The position numbers were made by a program, and so were the translations under genes. A DNA stretch of 63,411 nt, counting the filler, from Ministeria vibrans ATCC 50519 (Eukaryota; Protista; Filasterea): NCBI GenBank assembly GCA_943704425.1. It is 9 parts of 9 records of this genome, joined end to end, with 100 filler letters (N's around TTAATTAATTAA, not from the genome) between each part and the next. Parts side by side here need not be neighbours in the genome. Positions count along the whole stretch, not along the records: positions 1 to 9,039 come from CALSCP010002586.1; positions 9,140 to 19,513 come from CALSCP010000753.1; 7 more parts are not named here. One strand, 5' to 3'. This document shows positions 1 through 12,916 of this stretch, in pieces. Position 1 is the first letter of the stretch. The number at the start of each line of letters is the position of its first letter. Under the pieces are notes generated by a model. The model ran no database searches, had not been told where the DNA came from, and saw only the letters and a program-made list of their open reading frames with translations.

Positions 1-28
1 TTTTTTTTTGTTCCTCTTTCGTCGAACA

Positions 29-201
29 GAACTTTCGCAACACATTGGGCATTTCGAGCCGCTCCACTTGGACGCCGACGAGTGGGAGACTGCCCACCGA
101 ACGTACAGGCGTGACGCGCGTCTCAACGACGATTCTGTCCTCTCTATGGACTTTTCTGCGTTCGGAAAGTATGTTAAGTCTATTTTTGCAAACAGAGAGA
201 G

Positions 202-249
<48 letters not shown>

Positions 250-3053
250 CGAGTTCTTTTCTCGTTCTGTCGATCGGGCACATGCCACGAAGGAAGGGAC
301 GACGTGTGCGTGCGACGGCGGGATACGCTGCACGGGGCATGCCCCTGGCCCATGCACTGACCCGTGTCTCGCCTGGGCCCCTGTGGCGCTGCTGTAGGTC
401 GTTTCATCTGCGGATGCAGCGTCACTCGTCGCTCTTTGCTCCCGACGCCACCTTCACCGCCATCCACGCCGATGGCTCCAAACACCCCATCCCCTATGAC
501 AAGACTCGCCACTACAAGGGCACCATTCAAGGTACTGCTTATTTGCTCTCTTCGCTTTTTTGTCTTCTTTTTTTTTTTCTGCTTCTTTTTTTGTCTCTTC
601 TTCTTTTGGTCGTTCGCTCATTTTGCCCTTTTCTCACTCACTCTTCTCTGTATGTTCATCTTCTTAGGACGCAGTGGGTTTACGGCTGCGTACGCGTCGC
701 TGCACGACGGCGTGTTCGACGGTCTCATTCGTGACAATGATGGTGAGTTTTACCATGTCGAGCCGTCGCGTCGCTATCTGGCGGGCGGCAAGGCTGGCGG
801 TCTCCTGCGTGAGGCGGGCACCTCCTTTTCGCACGTCGTCTATCGTTTCTCCGATGTGGTCGCCAACTTGTCGCACAGCTTTTGCGGTTCGGTCAATGCC
901 GAGACGGGCAATGCGAAGATGTCGCCCCTGTCCGACCTCCATGATCGTCTCTACAAGAACAAGGGCACCGCCAACGACATTTGGGCACCCATTCTCGACG
1001 ACGACGAAGAAGGAGAGCACTTTGTCCAGAAGGCAATCAAAAGCAGCGACGACGTGCCCAGCGAGTCGAGCAAGGACCCCGTGACAATGGCACGTCGTGC
1101 CGTCGCCTGTACGAGCACGCTCACAGAGCCCTCGTGCAACTTTGATCTGGTCAGTGATCATACCTTCTTTGATCACCAGGGCAACGAAGCGAACACCATC
1201 AACGAGATGGTGGCGCATCTGACGGGCGCCGAAGTCATCTTTGCCGCCACCGAGTTTGGCACGGGCGCGCCCACGATGGAGTTGGCCGTTCGCTCGCTTA
1301 CCGTCATCACTAGTGTGCTCACGGCACCCGGCAACGCGTTCCCCGAGAGCGAAACCGTCAACGAGCTCCTCGAGAGCTTTGCCGTGTACGGCGCCTCCAA
1401 CGACTTCAACAGTGTGTGTCTGGGCCATCTCTTTGTCGACCGTGACTTCTCGGGCACGCTCGGTCTCGCCTACGTCGGCAGCACCTCCACCATTGGTGGT
1501 GTCTGCCAGAACAGCGCGTCGCTTTCATTTGGCACGGCCAACACCAACACGGGTCTGACGTCGATTAACAACAACGGCGCGACGAATGCGCGCAGCCTTT
1601 CGATCCTCACCACCGCCCACGAGATTGGTCACAACTACGGTTCACCCCACGACTCCACGGCCGCCTGCACGCCGAGCGGCGCCTCGGGCGGCAAGTTTCT
1701 CATGTACGCGTTCGCCACGAGCGGAACCAACCCAAACAACGACAACTTTAGCGAGTGCAGTCGACAGAGCATCTGCGAGGTCCTCAACGCGAAGGCGAGC
1801 CCCTGTTTCACCCCGACCGTTGGACAACAGTGTGGCGATGTTATCGTCGAGGCGCCCGAGGAGTGTGACTGTGGTGTCCCCATTAGCGGCAACGCCGCCA
1901 CATGTACCGCCGTGGATGCCTGCTGTGCCCCCGGCTGCAACTACACTTCGGGCGCTGTGTGCTCGCCCCGTGCCGATGCCTGTTGCGAGACCAACTGCAC
2001 CTTCTCCAGCGCAAGCGAACCGTGTGCCGCCGAGACGGACTGTCTGCTCCCGAGCAGCTGCACCGGTACCGACAAGAACTGCCCTGATCAGGTTCCTAAG
2101 GCCGACAACACCAACTGCAACTGTCGCTCGAATCAGACGGTGTGTTCCCAAGTGTGCGATACGGGTGTCTGTGACAAGTCCCAATGCCAATTACTAACCA
2201 CCCCCACACCGCCGTGCCTATGCGCCGCCGGCACCGACGCCGTCAAGCTATGCTGCAATGATACCGTTTCGGGGTGTGTGCCCTACGACACGCTCGTCGG
2301 CAATCTTGGCCTAGTCTACCTGTCGGTGGGCGCCGCATGCAACGGCGCAGACGGCGAGACGGGCTTTGTCAGCTCCGACGCGATTCCCGAATGCAATGTC
2401 CCCGACAACAACTCGCTCCTCGACAACCTGCTGCCTTTCCTGCAGGATGCTCTCAACTGGATCAAGAAGAACTGGTACTGGGTTCTCGCGGGCTTCCTGG
2501 GTCTCATGCTCTTGGTGATTGCCGTGCGCTACACCTACCGCAAACGTTCGCCCGAGGAGATTCAGCGCGAGACGGACGAACGACGCAGACGCGAGGCACA
2601 AAAGCGCGGTGTTGCCGTCCCCAAAAGTGGCGGTGGACACCACCCGCGGCACGAGAATATCCCCATGCAACAGATGCGCAGCGACGGCTCGCGTGGTCAG
2701 CCCCACCAGCAGCAACAGAGACAGCAACAGGGTCAGCCCAAATCGAAGAGTGCCGCTTCTGGTGCTGCTGCGCCCGTTCCCCGCAGCGGTGGTGGCGGTG
2801 GTGCGCCGCAGATGACCAAGGAACAATGTAAGAAGGAAGAGGAAACGCAGCTAAGAGACTGACCGTTTTTTTTTTTTTTTGCCATTATTTTCCTGTTTCA
2901 CTTTTAATAGCTTACACTGCACTCAAGCGAGGATTCCCTAAGGTCGACGATCGCATTATCCGTCAAGTGCTCGAGGCCAATCACTGGGATGCACGGGCGG
3001 CCATCAAGAAGCTCATGCAGATGGGTTACAAGCCTGACGTGGCCCGTCACTAG
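29..3053 (+). CDS. ADAM10/ADAM17 (Kuzbanian)-like membrane metalloprotease with C-terminal cytoplasmic CUE domain; 5' truncated, multi-exon
   Basis: Prodomain with Cys switch (SFCGSV); metzincin motif TAHEIGHNYGSPHD and Met-turn FLMYAFA; disintegrin start CGDVIVEAPEECDCG; Cys-rich region; TM segment WYWVLAGFLGLMLLVIAV. Intron 2828-2910 leads to the last exon, SYTALKRGFPKVDDRIIRQVLEANHWDARAAIKKLMQMGYKPDVARH*. Confidence 0.9.
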
Positions 3054-3650
3054 AGATGGAGAAGGATTTTTCTATATTTTTGTTTTTGTGTGCTTTGTCG
3101 ATTGGTTTTGTGAGGGAGTGAGAGTGGAGCTATGTTCTATATGAAGACAGTATCTTTTAAAGTGAATTCTACACGCAAAGTATGATGCGTCGACTAACTC
3201 TGCCTAATGCGCCACCGAACTTGATGTCGTTTTCCTTCTGCAGCAGTGCACGCCTTCTCATGGTGCACGTCAACCTTCCACCCAGATTGTGAGATAACTG
3301 AGGAATTCTCATATGATGCAGCAGATCCTAACTGCGACGGTGAACTCGTCGGCGGAGAGATATCCCTTGGGTGGGCTTGGCACACAAAGCACACACACAC
3401 ACACACGCACAAAGCGTATCGGCTAGTGGGATGGTACGATCTAAGATACACATGAAAACAGTCAACCAAACCCTGTGTGGCCAACAACGATTGCCCTCAG
3501 CAGCCCAGATGAATCAATTATAAAAAAATTGAACCTTCTTTCGCTAAATTCGCTTGCAGTATACGCTATTATTATTTATTTTCAGGAAAGTAGAAACGAA
3601 ATAAAAAACACCCACACAAAACAGCAACAAAAAAACAAAACCAAAACACA

Positions 3651-6600
3651 TCACATGAGAATGGAAACGGCACGAGTGTCGCCGGGACGTTTCTTGTCAG
3701 CCCACCAGGCACAGGCGCTGTTGAGGGCCTGCATCCACGCATCGCATGACGTCTCCGAGTCGGCCTCTAGCACATACTTAAGCGCCTGAAGGAGAGTTAG
3801 AGAGCAGTCAAAGAAGGAATAATATTAATTAAGGAGATAGATTGTAGAGCGAGGAACAAGCTCTTTGTTGTAGACAATGCCGGGTTACACTCGTCAACAG
3901 ATGAGAATGTTGCGACAACTTCTTTCTCAGTGTTCGCTTTCACGTCACACATTTATTTTGTTCCTACCTCGGGATAAGCAATCTTGAGGGTGATTGCATA
4001 CTGACCAGGCACCGTCGTCCGGTCAATGAGACAGTCATCCACCCGAATTACCTCAATTGGATCCGATTTCTACAAAGAAAATTAATCATTATCAAGAACA
4101 CACCAAAACTCTTCGATAGAAAAAACAATACCTTATCCATTTTGTAAACAAAGAGCAAATGGTCCTTGAGCACATGATGAAACTCCTTATTCCCCCCTTC
4201 CTTGCGATCGGGCCTCCTCAAGGCCCCACTCCACGCATTCTTCCGCTCCAGATCCGCCGCCGCAACCGACTTGTAAATAGCCATGGCCAGCAGCTTATTG
4301 GTTTTGAATGAGTTGTATAGCTCCCGCAGTTGGGAAGCGTACGCTCCGTTTCGTCCGACCATTCTTTGCAATGATTCCATCATCACCTGTCACAATAATT
4401 TGATTTCTTTTGTCAGTAGATTCTTCTCCCTTGTTCTCCACAATTCACCAATTCCATTTCTGTTGTCTCTCACTCACTCACTCAAACACACACACACAAT
4501 GCCTCACTCAAACGACATCCAGTGGAGAAGACACACACACATATATATATTATACTCTCTTCTCAATTGTTTCACTTACCGTCAGCTTCTCCATCTTGCG
4601 ATCAGACTGCTTCACATCATTCTCCAGATCCACAATGCGTGTCTGAGCCTGAGCGACACTCTCCTCGGCCCTCATGTCCGCCTCTTCCTTCTCCTCCGCC
4701 AACGACTCACTCAGTTGTGTCAGTGTGTGTGTCTCCTCACGCAGCTCATCGCATTCGCGCGACAATGTCTTGTGCGACTCTTCAAAGCGCGCCTTCTCCG
4801 CCTCCAGATCCTGGTTCGTCTCCTGAATCGCTTCCACAAGCTCACGCAGTGCCGCATTCTCCTCAACCAACTCTTCCCTCTGCTCATCAGACTATGGTGC
4901 AAGAGATCAAAACAAAACAAAAATAAAGAAAACTTGATACCGCTTGTTTTTGACGCGTAAGACGATCGACCGTCTCCGACAATTGCAACGCACTGTCCAC
5001 ACTGAAATCATCAAAGCGCTTCTTCGACTCGGCCAGCAGTCCTTCCAGTTCGCGCACACGTTCCGTCAGCTGTGCAATCTGTGCGCGCAGTTGCGCGTTT
5101 TCGCTTGAGTTCTCCGCTTCCTTCCGTTCCAGTGCGGCATTTTCCTTTTGCAGAGCCACATTCTGTTGGTTAAGCTGCCAAAAAAAAAAAAAAAAAAAAA
5201 AACATGTCTCGTCAAAGCGACAGAGCTGAAAATAAACATTGGTACTGGCTACACAAAACAAAAATGGCGCGTGCAAACAGAAAAACAGATCAATGGCACT
5301 CGCCGCATCACAAGTACGACAAGGAAAAACAAACGCCGACACTCGTTGCAATACGACGCAAAAGAAAGACACTGAGAAAACATTGGTTCGGGGAATGAAA
5401 AAGAAACCCCACGACAGGTTGCGCGACAAGGAGTGCAACCGATCACAGGTGCAACAAGACGCAACCAACAAGAGATGAAGAGACGACGTAACGGCGCGCG
5501 TGACAATCAAAATGTTGACATATGAAATTGACATACACAAAGAATCATAACGTACCCCATCCAGCTCGGCCGAACTGACATTGCCCACCGACTGCATTTC
5601 ACTCATGCGCTCGACGGTTTGCGTGACCTTCTCCTGCGCGTGAATGAGCTGCGAGGCCATATCGGCCAGACGCTGATTAAGAGCGCGGTTGTCTTCGCGC
5701 AGCTGTGCGTTGGTCTCGGACAGCGCACGCGATTCGGTCATGGTGGTCGTCAGCATTTGCGTCAGGTTCTGCACACTCTCAGACATCTTCGTGTTGTCAG
5801 CACTGAGTGACTCCAGTTTGGCATCGACGCGATTGCGGTCCATGGAAAGACGATCAAGAGCGGAACAGAGCGACGCATTCTGCTCTTTGAGAGTGTGGAA
5901 GTCGCCGTCGTTGGGCAGCGACAGACCCGGCACTTTGTTGAAAAGGTTGGCTACAAACGCCAGATTGAGACGAGGGTTGCCCTAAAAGAGAAAAATAAAA
6001 AAGTGAGTACGGGTAAAGCAAGTAGCAACAAAGAGCAAAGTGGAAGAGAGAAGAACAGGAATGAGAGCAAATGAGACAGGCGTAAATTAGGGATTGACAA
6101 GAGCAAACAATAAAGAGAGTACAGGTCGGACAAAAAGAGCAAATGAGGAAAGTGTAACAAGCGAAAGAACAAGTGAGAGAACAGGTGAAAAAAAAACATG
6201 GTATATCAAGTGGAAGAGGAATATTATTATTAGTGATAGAATAACAAAGAAACTGAGAAGTTGAAAAAAATCTTACGGTGACAAGATCGGAAGGAGTGAG
6301 AAACTTGCGACAGCCAATGCGACCGGCGTTGGAGAGGAGCAATTCGGCGCGTTTAAAACCATTGTGTTCTTGAAGAGGAGCCAAGTCGCATTTGTCGGGA
6401 GCAATCTGGTTGAGAAGCACAGTGTACGCAGTGCCATCCTATGAGGGAAAATCGCATTAAAAGTTGCCATCATGTATTGATTGTTGAAAAAAAAAAAACA
6501 ATAGTACTTTGATGTCGGTGGTGAAGTTGGTGATGGTGCGCTCGTAGCCCGCCTTGCGAAGGTGATGGTTCATCCAGCGCAACAAAATGTCTTCGGGTGT

Positions 6601-7583
6601 CATCTGGAAGAAGAAAAGCGTTAAGGTGAGCCAAATTCATGTCAAAGAGATATTCGTACGTCAACGAGAGTCTGAAGGTCTTCGCCAGCATCGGTTTCAA
6701 CCAAACGAATGAGCTCGGGGTGTTTGGAAATGGTCACTTCGTTCATAAGACCCACTTTGATGATTTGCCACAGGACACCAAGCACAAGATACTCCTGCAA
6801 GAGAGTCACACGTCTTAGTGCGCACACACTACACACCACACACCGACGTACCTTTCCGTCGACAAGGTCCTCCGGCCCAATGTTCACTAGTCTGCAGCCA
6901 ATCTGCTCAGCGCCCGCCAGAACCATCGTCTGATTCTCAATCATATGATGCTTGTTCTTGACGACCGTGTTAATGCGTCCCAGGTCGATGCACTCTGCTT
7001 TGGTGCGCGCCAGAAGCCGTCTACGGAGGACACAGCGCTGTTCAGTGCCGACAGAGAGGCTGGGGAGGGGCTTGGCAGACCCGCAGTCGCCGTAGAGATA
7101 TCAACAGACTGTGTGACGACACAAACGAGCGAACGAAAAACACTCACAAAACGAAAAAAACGAAAAAAAANNNNNNNNNNAAAAAAAAAAAAAAAGAAAA
7201 GAAGACACAAAAACAAAAAAAGAAGGGAAAAAAAAGACATACGCAAGGAGGAGACCGTCTTTGGAGACGTCGAAGAGGGTGGCGGGTGGATGGACAGGCA
7301 CAAAATCGGGGAGGGGCGAGGGGGCGGAGGGGTCGCGCAACTTCGAGTTGAGATGATCGACAAAGGCATTGACTTCGCTGTCGTTAAACGTGTGCTTGCT
7401 GGCATGGCTCGAGGGCGTCGCGGCCGAGAGGGTCTCGGGCGGGGCTGCACTTGGCAGGGGCGGCGGTGGCGAGTGCGTGGGTGCCGCCGCAGCGGGTGGA
7501 GTCGATGAAGTGCGCGGCGCAACCGGAGGGGCGATCGACGGCGGCCGGGGCGCCGGCTGGGGGCGGGGGGGGCGCTCGCTCAT
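3651..7583 (-). CDS. Protein with one fimbrin/plastin-type actin-binding domain (CH-CH), a long coiled coil and a C-terminal PH domain; multi-exon
   Basis: Plastin-like motifs HTFNDSEVNAFVDHLN, LFDVSKDGLLL, GCRLVNIGPEDLVDGK, LVLGVLWQIIKVGL, GCRKFLTPSDLV, GNPRLNLAFVANLFN. Heptad coiled coil at about 4300-5900. PH-like tail HHVLKDHLLFVYK...YVLEADSETSCDAWMQALNSA. Confidence 0.8.
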
Positions 7584-7917
7584 GGACAGTACGGAGACAA
7601 ACGATCACACGTGAATGATTAATAATTTGATATTTTGATAATTTGATTTGATTTCAGATTTTTCACTTTCGGCTATTTTGAGATACTAATTGGAGTACTT
7701 TTTTCTAATTCTTTTTCGGTTGAGTTTGCAAGGCGGTCTGGCTGTGTCTTCGCGTGGTGACTGTATCATTAATAAATGGGTTGTATTCTTCTTCTTCTAA
7801 TTCTTACTCTAAATTAGGTCAAAAAAAAAACATGGACAAGCTAAGCTATCCGTGAGCGTGTAGTGTTTCAGAGACAACGGGGAGTAAATAGTGATATATT
7901 CATTATAAAACAAGACG

Positions 7918-8850
7918 TTACAATATGTATATATAGGGCGTGGGAGAGCACAGGCCATGCCATTGCAGCAGAATGTCGCCCTCGCTGGGCGGGTCGTCCC
8001 AGTCTCTCCAGATACGATCTTCTAGGAGTGCCTGCTTCATGCCGGGGGAAAGAGGGGGGGGGGAATGCCTGTAGACGTCGTCGCATAGGACCAAACGCTC
8101 CGTCAGCTGACTCTGTGAGCAACCCATCGTAATGTAGCCGTTTGCGTCGTCGAACAAACTGGTCAGAATCTGGCGGGCATAGCCTCGCATGGGTGGCCAA
8201 ATTTGCGCCAATGTCGTCCTTGACGAGCGCACCTGAGTTGCAGAAGTCGCAGATGACAAGCACGTTGCACCCGCGCCACCACACATGACCGTTAAGAATG
8301 CCCCGCAGCATCGTAAGGTTGAAACATAAAGGCTCGTCACTCAGTGTCGTAATGGCATTGCTCAGCACCAGGCCACCGCCTCCGCCACTCACTCTGTGAC
8401 CAATCAAATGCACAATCAGCAGTGAAGCTCGACCAGCGTGCTTCCTCGCCTCCCTCGACAGCTTCAGAGCCGCCGTCTTAATGCGTAATCGTGTCACTGC
8501 CTCCCACTAACACCCACTTTAAAAACAGAGCGCTCACTAAACTTCCGCTGTCGCCACAGGTCAGACATGAGGTTGACGCTATTAGCGACACCGGGCAGGT
8601 CGTCAAAGTCACACAGGCTCTTCTTGCTGGCGCTGCAGCACTTGCTCATTCCCACAGCCAGTGCAGTGGCGTGAGAGTAGCCTGGTGGAAGTGTCACATA
8701 TACAAAAAAAATGAAGAAGCATAAGCAGAAAAAAGAAAACGAATTTATACATTTTTTCTTACGGCCTCGGGGACTGTGTCGCCACCCACCACTGCTCCAA
8801 CCGCTCGTTGCACACGCGTGCTCCCCCCGCATGTGCCAGCAGTTCTGCAC
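7918..8850 (-). CDS. Caspase-fold (peptidase C14, orthocaspase/metacaspase-like) protein; possible frameshift or pseudogene
   Basis: Motifs in the expected order: ALAVGMS...DDLPGVANSVNLMSDLW, LLIVHLIGH (His), VLVICDFCNSG (Cys), then ARQILTS...SQLTERLV...EGDILL in another frame. A 41-nt GT-AG intron near 8496-8536 joins the first two blocks. Confidence 0.55.
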
Positions 8851-9039
8851 TCACAACGTCCGGTCGTCGATGTGATTCACTCGCTTGTGCCACATCCGCT
8901 GGTGAGAAGAGGGGCACATTGGTTTTGAATGGATGGGCGGGCACAAGGACGGGTGTGCCTCGCCAGCCCCAACGCAGCGAGCGAGTGCCGTTGCACACGG
9001 CAACACAAATGCGATCCAGAGTACGCTGCACTCGAACGG

Positions 9040-9139
9040 NNNNNNNNNNNNNNNNNNNNNNNNNNNNNNNNNNNNNNNNNNNNTTAATTAATTAANNNNN
9101 NNNNNNNNNNNNNNNNNNNNNNNNNNNNNNNNNNNNNNN
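9040..9139. other. Artificial contig linker (N-run + TTAATTAATTAA + N-run)
   Basis: The same 100-nt linker with six-frame stops recurs at 19514-19613, 29875-29974, 45365-45464, 54587-54686, 56869-56968, 60374-60473 and 62134-62233. Confidence 0.98.
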
Positions 9140-9206
9140 AGGAAAAAAAAAAAAAAAAAAACACCACTCTGTGGTTTTATGGTCAAAACAACCACTGACG
9201 CACCAG

Positions 9207-9408
9207 CGGACACGGCCACACACACGCGGTATACGCTCACACCGCGCCTGTCTTGAAGGTTTCGGGACAGGACATCCGCGATGGGTTCAATCTGTTCTTT
9301 CGCAACCGCCATACAGATGCGATGGACTTCTTCGCACAGTACAAGGATGCGGTACGGCCGACCTCGGCACCGGCGACCAAGAGAACCCGTACCGACCCTC
9401 TCCTGCTG

Positions 9409-9444
<36 letters not shown>

Positions 9445-11603
9445 GACAGATCCCTGTGTTTGCCATTGGCTTTGGAACGTTGTCCGTCATGAAGGCCATC
9501 ATGACATTCGAGCAGGATGATGCTGATCGCGCCATGGCCGAGCTGCGCGCGGCCGAGGGTCTTGCCGCGGCTGCTGCCAAGCCGGAAGGAGCCATGTCGT
9601 CTATTGCGCGCTTTCTTACCGGTACCAAGAAAGCCGAACTGACTCCAGAGCAAATTCATGCGACTGTCATTTCGGGCGAAGCTCGCCTTCTCATCGGCCA
9701 GGTACCCCACCCAACCCACAAGCGCAAAGCGCCTTTTTTCCACGAAAAAGCCAATATACCACACGCTCAAACGACTGGAGGGGGGGGGTTTTTTATAGCT
9801 TCATTTCATGCAAGAGAGTGTGATGGGGTTTGTGAAGGGCGGCTATAGTGTGCGTCAGGCGTGGAAGATCTTCGAGCGCATCTTCAATCTGTACCGCGAC
9901 CCCAAGACGCGACCCCGACTGGACCGCGAGACCGCTGGGGCTGTTGAATTTAGCGTGGGCGCATTCAACTTGGTGAACAGCATCCTCCCAACGAAATTGC
10001 GGAAGCTGGTGGCCTTCTTTGGGTTTCCCACCGACCGCATACTGGCGCTGCGTCTGCTGAATCAGTGCCACGACGGCGGCGGTCTGCGCGCGCGCGTGGC
10101 CGCCGCCCTCCTTCTCATGTACCACGTTGTGCTACAGAGCTTCTTCTCGTTCAATGCCGCTGCCCACATTGCCGAGGCAGACCGCATCCTCAAGGTCAAC
10201 CTCGAGCTGTTTCCCGACGGTGGTCTCTTCATCTATCTCGACGGTCGTCTTAAGGTAGGTCAAACGAAACCGCTGTGCACTGCTGCAGTTTATCACTGCT
10301 TTTGGTTTTTATATTCTTCTCCTTCTTTTGCACAGCGACTGAAGCGCGATCTTCCGGGTGCACTGAAGCAGTTTCTTCACGCAGAGGAGCTGCAACGAGA
10401 GTTTGTGCAGGTTTGAAATGTGTGTATTATTAGAACTTCAACTTATTTTTTTCTGATTTAGTTGCAACACTTGTGCTACTACGAGCTGGGATGGACGAAC
10501 CTGTACTCACTTGACTGGGCTGCGAGCGAAGACTACTTTGCGCGACTGCTCAAAGACAACGAATGGTCTAAGGCCACGTACGGGTATCTGCTGGCGGCGT
10601 GTGTGCATGCGCAGGGCGATACGGCGCGCGCACAGAAACTGTTCAGCGAGGCACCCGGTTATGTGACGCGCAAGTGGGGTGGCAAGACGATCAGCAGCGA
10701 ACAGTTTGTGTTGCGCAAAGTGGCGCTGTTCAATGCGAATGCGATGGCATGTACTGTACCGCACATTGAGCTGATTTACTTGTGGAACGGGTTCTCGCAG
10801 ATGCCTGAAGCGCTTTTGGAGCGCACCCTTGAGCTCATGGTGCCTCTGGTGGCCCCCGACCATCCCACTGCCGACCTTGAAATCCGCTATGTGCACCTGC
10901 TCATCCACGCTGCGCTACTGAAGGAACTTGGACGATCGTACGCACACACATATACTTACGTGTCGCTGCATTCCACTCCACTGATGCTGCACTGTGTTGT
11001 CTATAGGAAGGAGGCGGTGACTTCGCTGAGCAAGATTATCGTGGCCAAAAAGAGGATACGAGAGGAGCGGTACACTGTACCCTTTGCTTACTACGAACTA
11101 TCGCAGGTTCATCTCAATGCGCAGAGCGACAGTTTGGCTCTCAAGTCGCTCGCAAAGGTACGTCGAAAGGCGAAAGAGCGACAGTGTGCGTGTAATGAGA
11201 AAGAGAGAGAAAGGGAGGCGAGTGAGAGCGAAAGAAAATGAGAAGACTAGTATATATATCTGTGTTTGAAAGAGAGGAGGGAGAGCGAAAGAAAATGAGA
11301 AAAGTCAAGTGTGAGGGGAATTGAAAGAATGTGAGAAAGACAAAGCGAAAGTATGTGAGAAAGACAAAGCGAAAGAAAATGAGAAAGACAAGTGTGAGGG
11401 AAAGCGAAAGAAATATTCAAACAAGTGACGAAAAAAAAAAACGAGGTTTGACTGATTTGTTGTTGTTCGATCTCGTTGCGTAGGCTCGAGGATACTCTGA
11501 GGACTACAACTTTGAAATGCGCCTAAAAATGCGGATTCATCTTGCTAGCGACTACTTCCGACTGCGGGGACTCACTGTCAACGACGAAGACGAACAGTCC
11601 TAG
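9207..11603 (+). CDS. TTC39: TTC39/IML2 family (DUF3808) tetratricopeptide-repeat protein; 5' partial, multi-exon
   Basis: QESVMGFVKGGYSVRQAWKIF, GAFNLVNSILPTKLRKLVAFFGFPTDR, HLCYYELGW, EWSKATYGY, YTVPFAYYEL, and final exon DYNFEMRLKMRIH. Confidence 0.85.
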
Positions 11604-11706
11604 ATACACTTACTCACTTACTCACCACTCTCACTCGTATAGAGACGTCTCTCATTGTTGATACACAGTACAAGTACACACTCTAATTGTGGTGGGTTGT
11701 GTTCTC

Positions 11707-12916
11707 TCACGGTCTCTCCTCGAGCAAACGCGACAGGTCGGCAATGCGTCTGTCTTTGAGTTGCAGCAATCGCTCCATACGATCAATCTTCATCGTGAGC
11801 AGTCCCACTGTTTCCGTCAGCTCTGAAATACGCTCCTGTTGGTCTGCATTCGTCTGTTTCGCTTTCGACTGTCTTTTTGCTGTGGTTGTCGACGTAGCAA
11901 CTTGCTGTCTTTTTGTGGCGCTGTTAGAGACGACAACAGGGGGCAGTTTATCGACAGTGCGAGTGACGGGGTGGGGTGGTGCGGGGGCGGGTGCGCCGTA
12001 GTACGCTTCATCAACAATGGCCATGGCAGCACGTACGTCCATCTCGAGGGCAGCTGAAGTCGCACTGGGCGTGTCAGCGCGCCACTGCTCGGCTGTCGAC
12101 GTCATTGCTGATTGTGACAATGATGTAGGCGTTGTGTCCCGCCCGCTGCTTACGTGTCGCTCAATGCGTTCGCGGAGGGCAGTCAGCACAGACTGAATTG
12201 CATCTGGTTCACATCGAACTACAGCCTCTATTGTGCGTTGTGACACTTTCATAGATAGCCTGTTGAATATTTTTTCTACAACGAGAGGAACAGAGCCATC
12301 CATCACAATCGTGTGAAAAGTGAATAGACAAACAAAAAAAGTCACTGACAGTGAGGAAGACCGATCAAACAACACTCACAAAACAGCAAACACACCAACG
12401 CGAAAAGACGACATCTACAACACAAGAAAACCCAAAGTACAATCCATAGGTACCACATACCGTATACCAAACATAAAGTCACGCAAATCGAATTTTTGAC
12501 AAAGCTGAAAGACACAACACTCTCTCTTACGGTTCAGCGTCGCCCAATTCGCGAGTTTCTGCTGCGACGACAGTGCCGGCGTGTAGTTGTGCAAGTCGAC
12601 GAGACGCGGGAGAAAGTGCTTGACGACTTCAGCAATGAGCACTGCGAGAACCCGGTGAGTTGTGCGTTGCCTTGACGACGCGTAAAAAACGAACAGCCCG
12701 ACGCAAATCATTGCGCCATTGTCATCATTGTGTACGTACCGCCATCGGAGAAGTCTCGTAGAAGGTTCTTTTTGGGCCTGGACAGCTTGATTTCGTCAAT
12801 CTGCAACACATCAGAGGTACGTGAGGAACAATGCTAGAAACAACAGTGGATCGCACCCAAGCAAGCAAGTCTTCGAGTTCGGATTCACTCAGGGCAGGAA
12901 AAGAGCTTTGAGGCAT
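11707..12916 (-). CDS. SPEF1: Sperm flagellar protein 1 (CLAMP) CH-domain microtubule-binding protein; multi-exon
   Basis: LLAW-IDEIKLSRPKKNLLRDFSDG-VLIAEVVKHFLPRLVDLHNYTPALSSQQKLANWATLNRK; C-terminal coiled coil ELTETVGLLTMKIDRMERLLQLKDRRIADL. Confidence 0.9.

Noticed and set aside
8494-8496. In-frame TGA in the caspase-like ORF as possible selenocysteine or readthrough
   Set aside because: A 41-nt GT-AG intron ending at this point explains it and shifts into the downstream ORF.
9084-9095. Recurring palindromic TTAATTAATTAA between N-runs
   Set aside because: It is an artificial six-frame-stop scaffold linker, not biology. Gene neighbourhoods across it were not interpreted.
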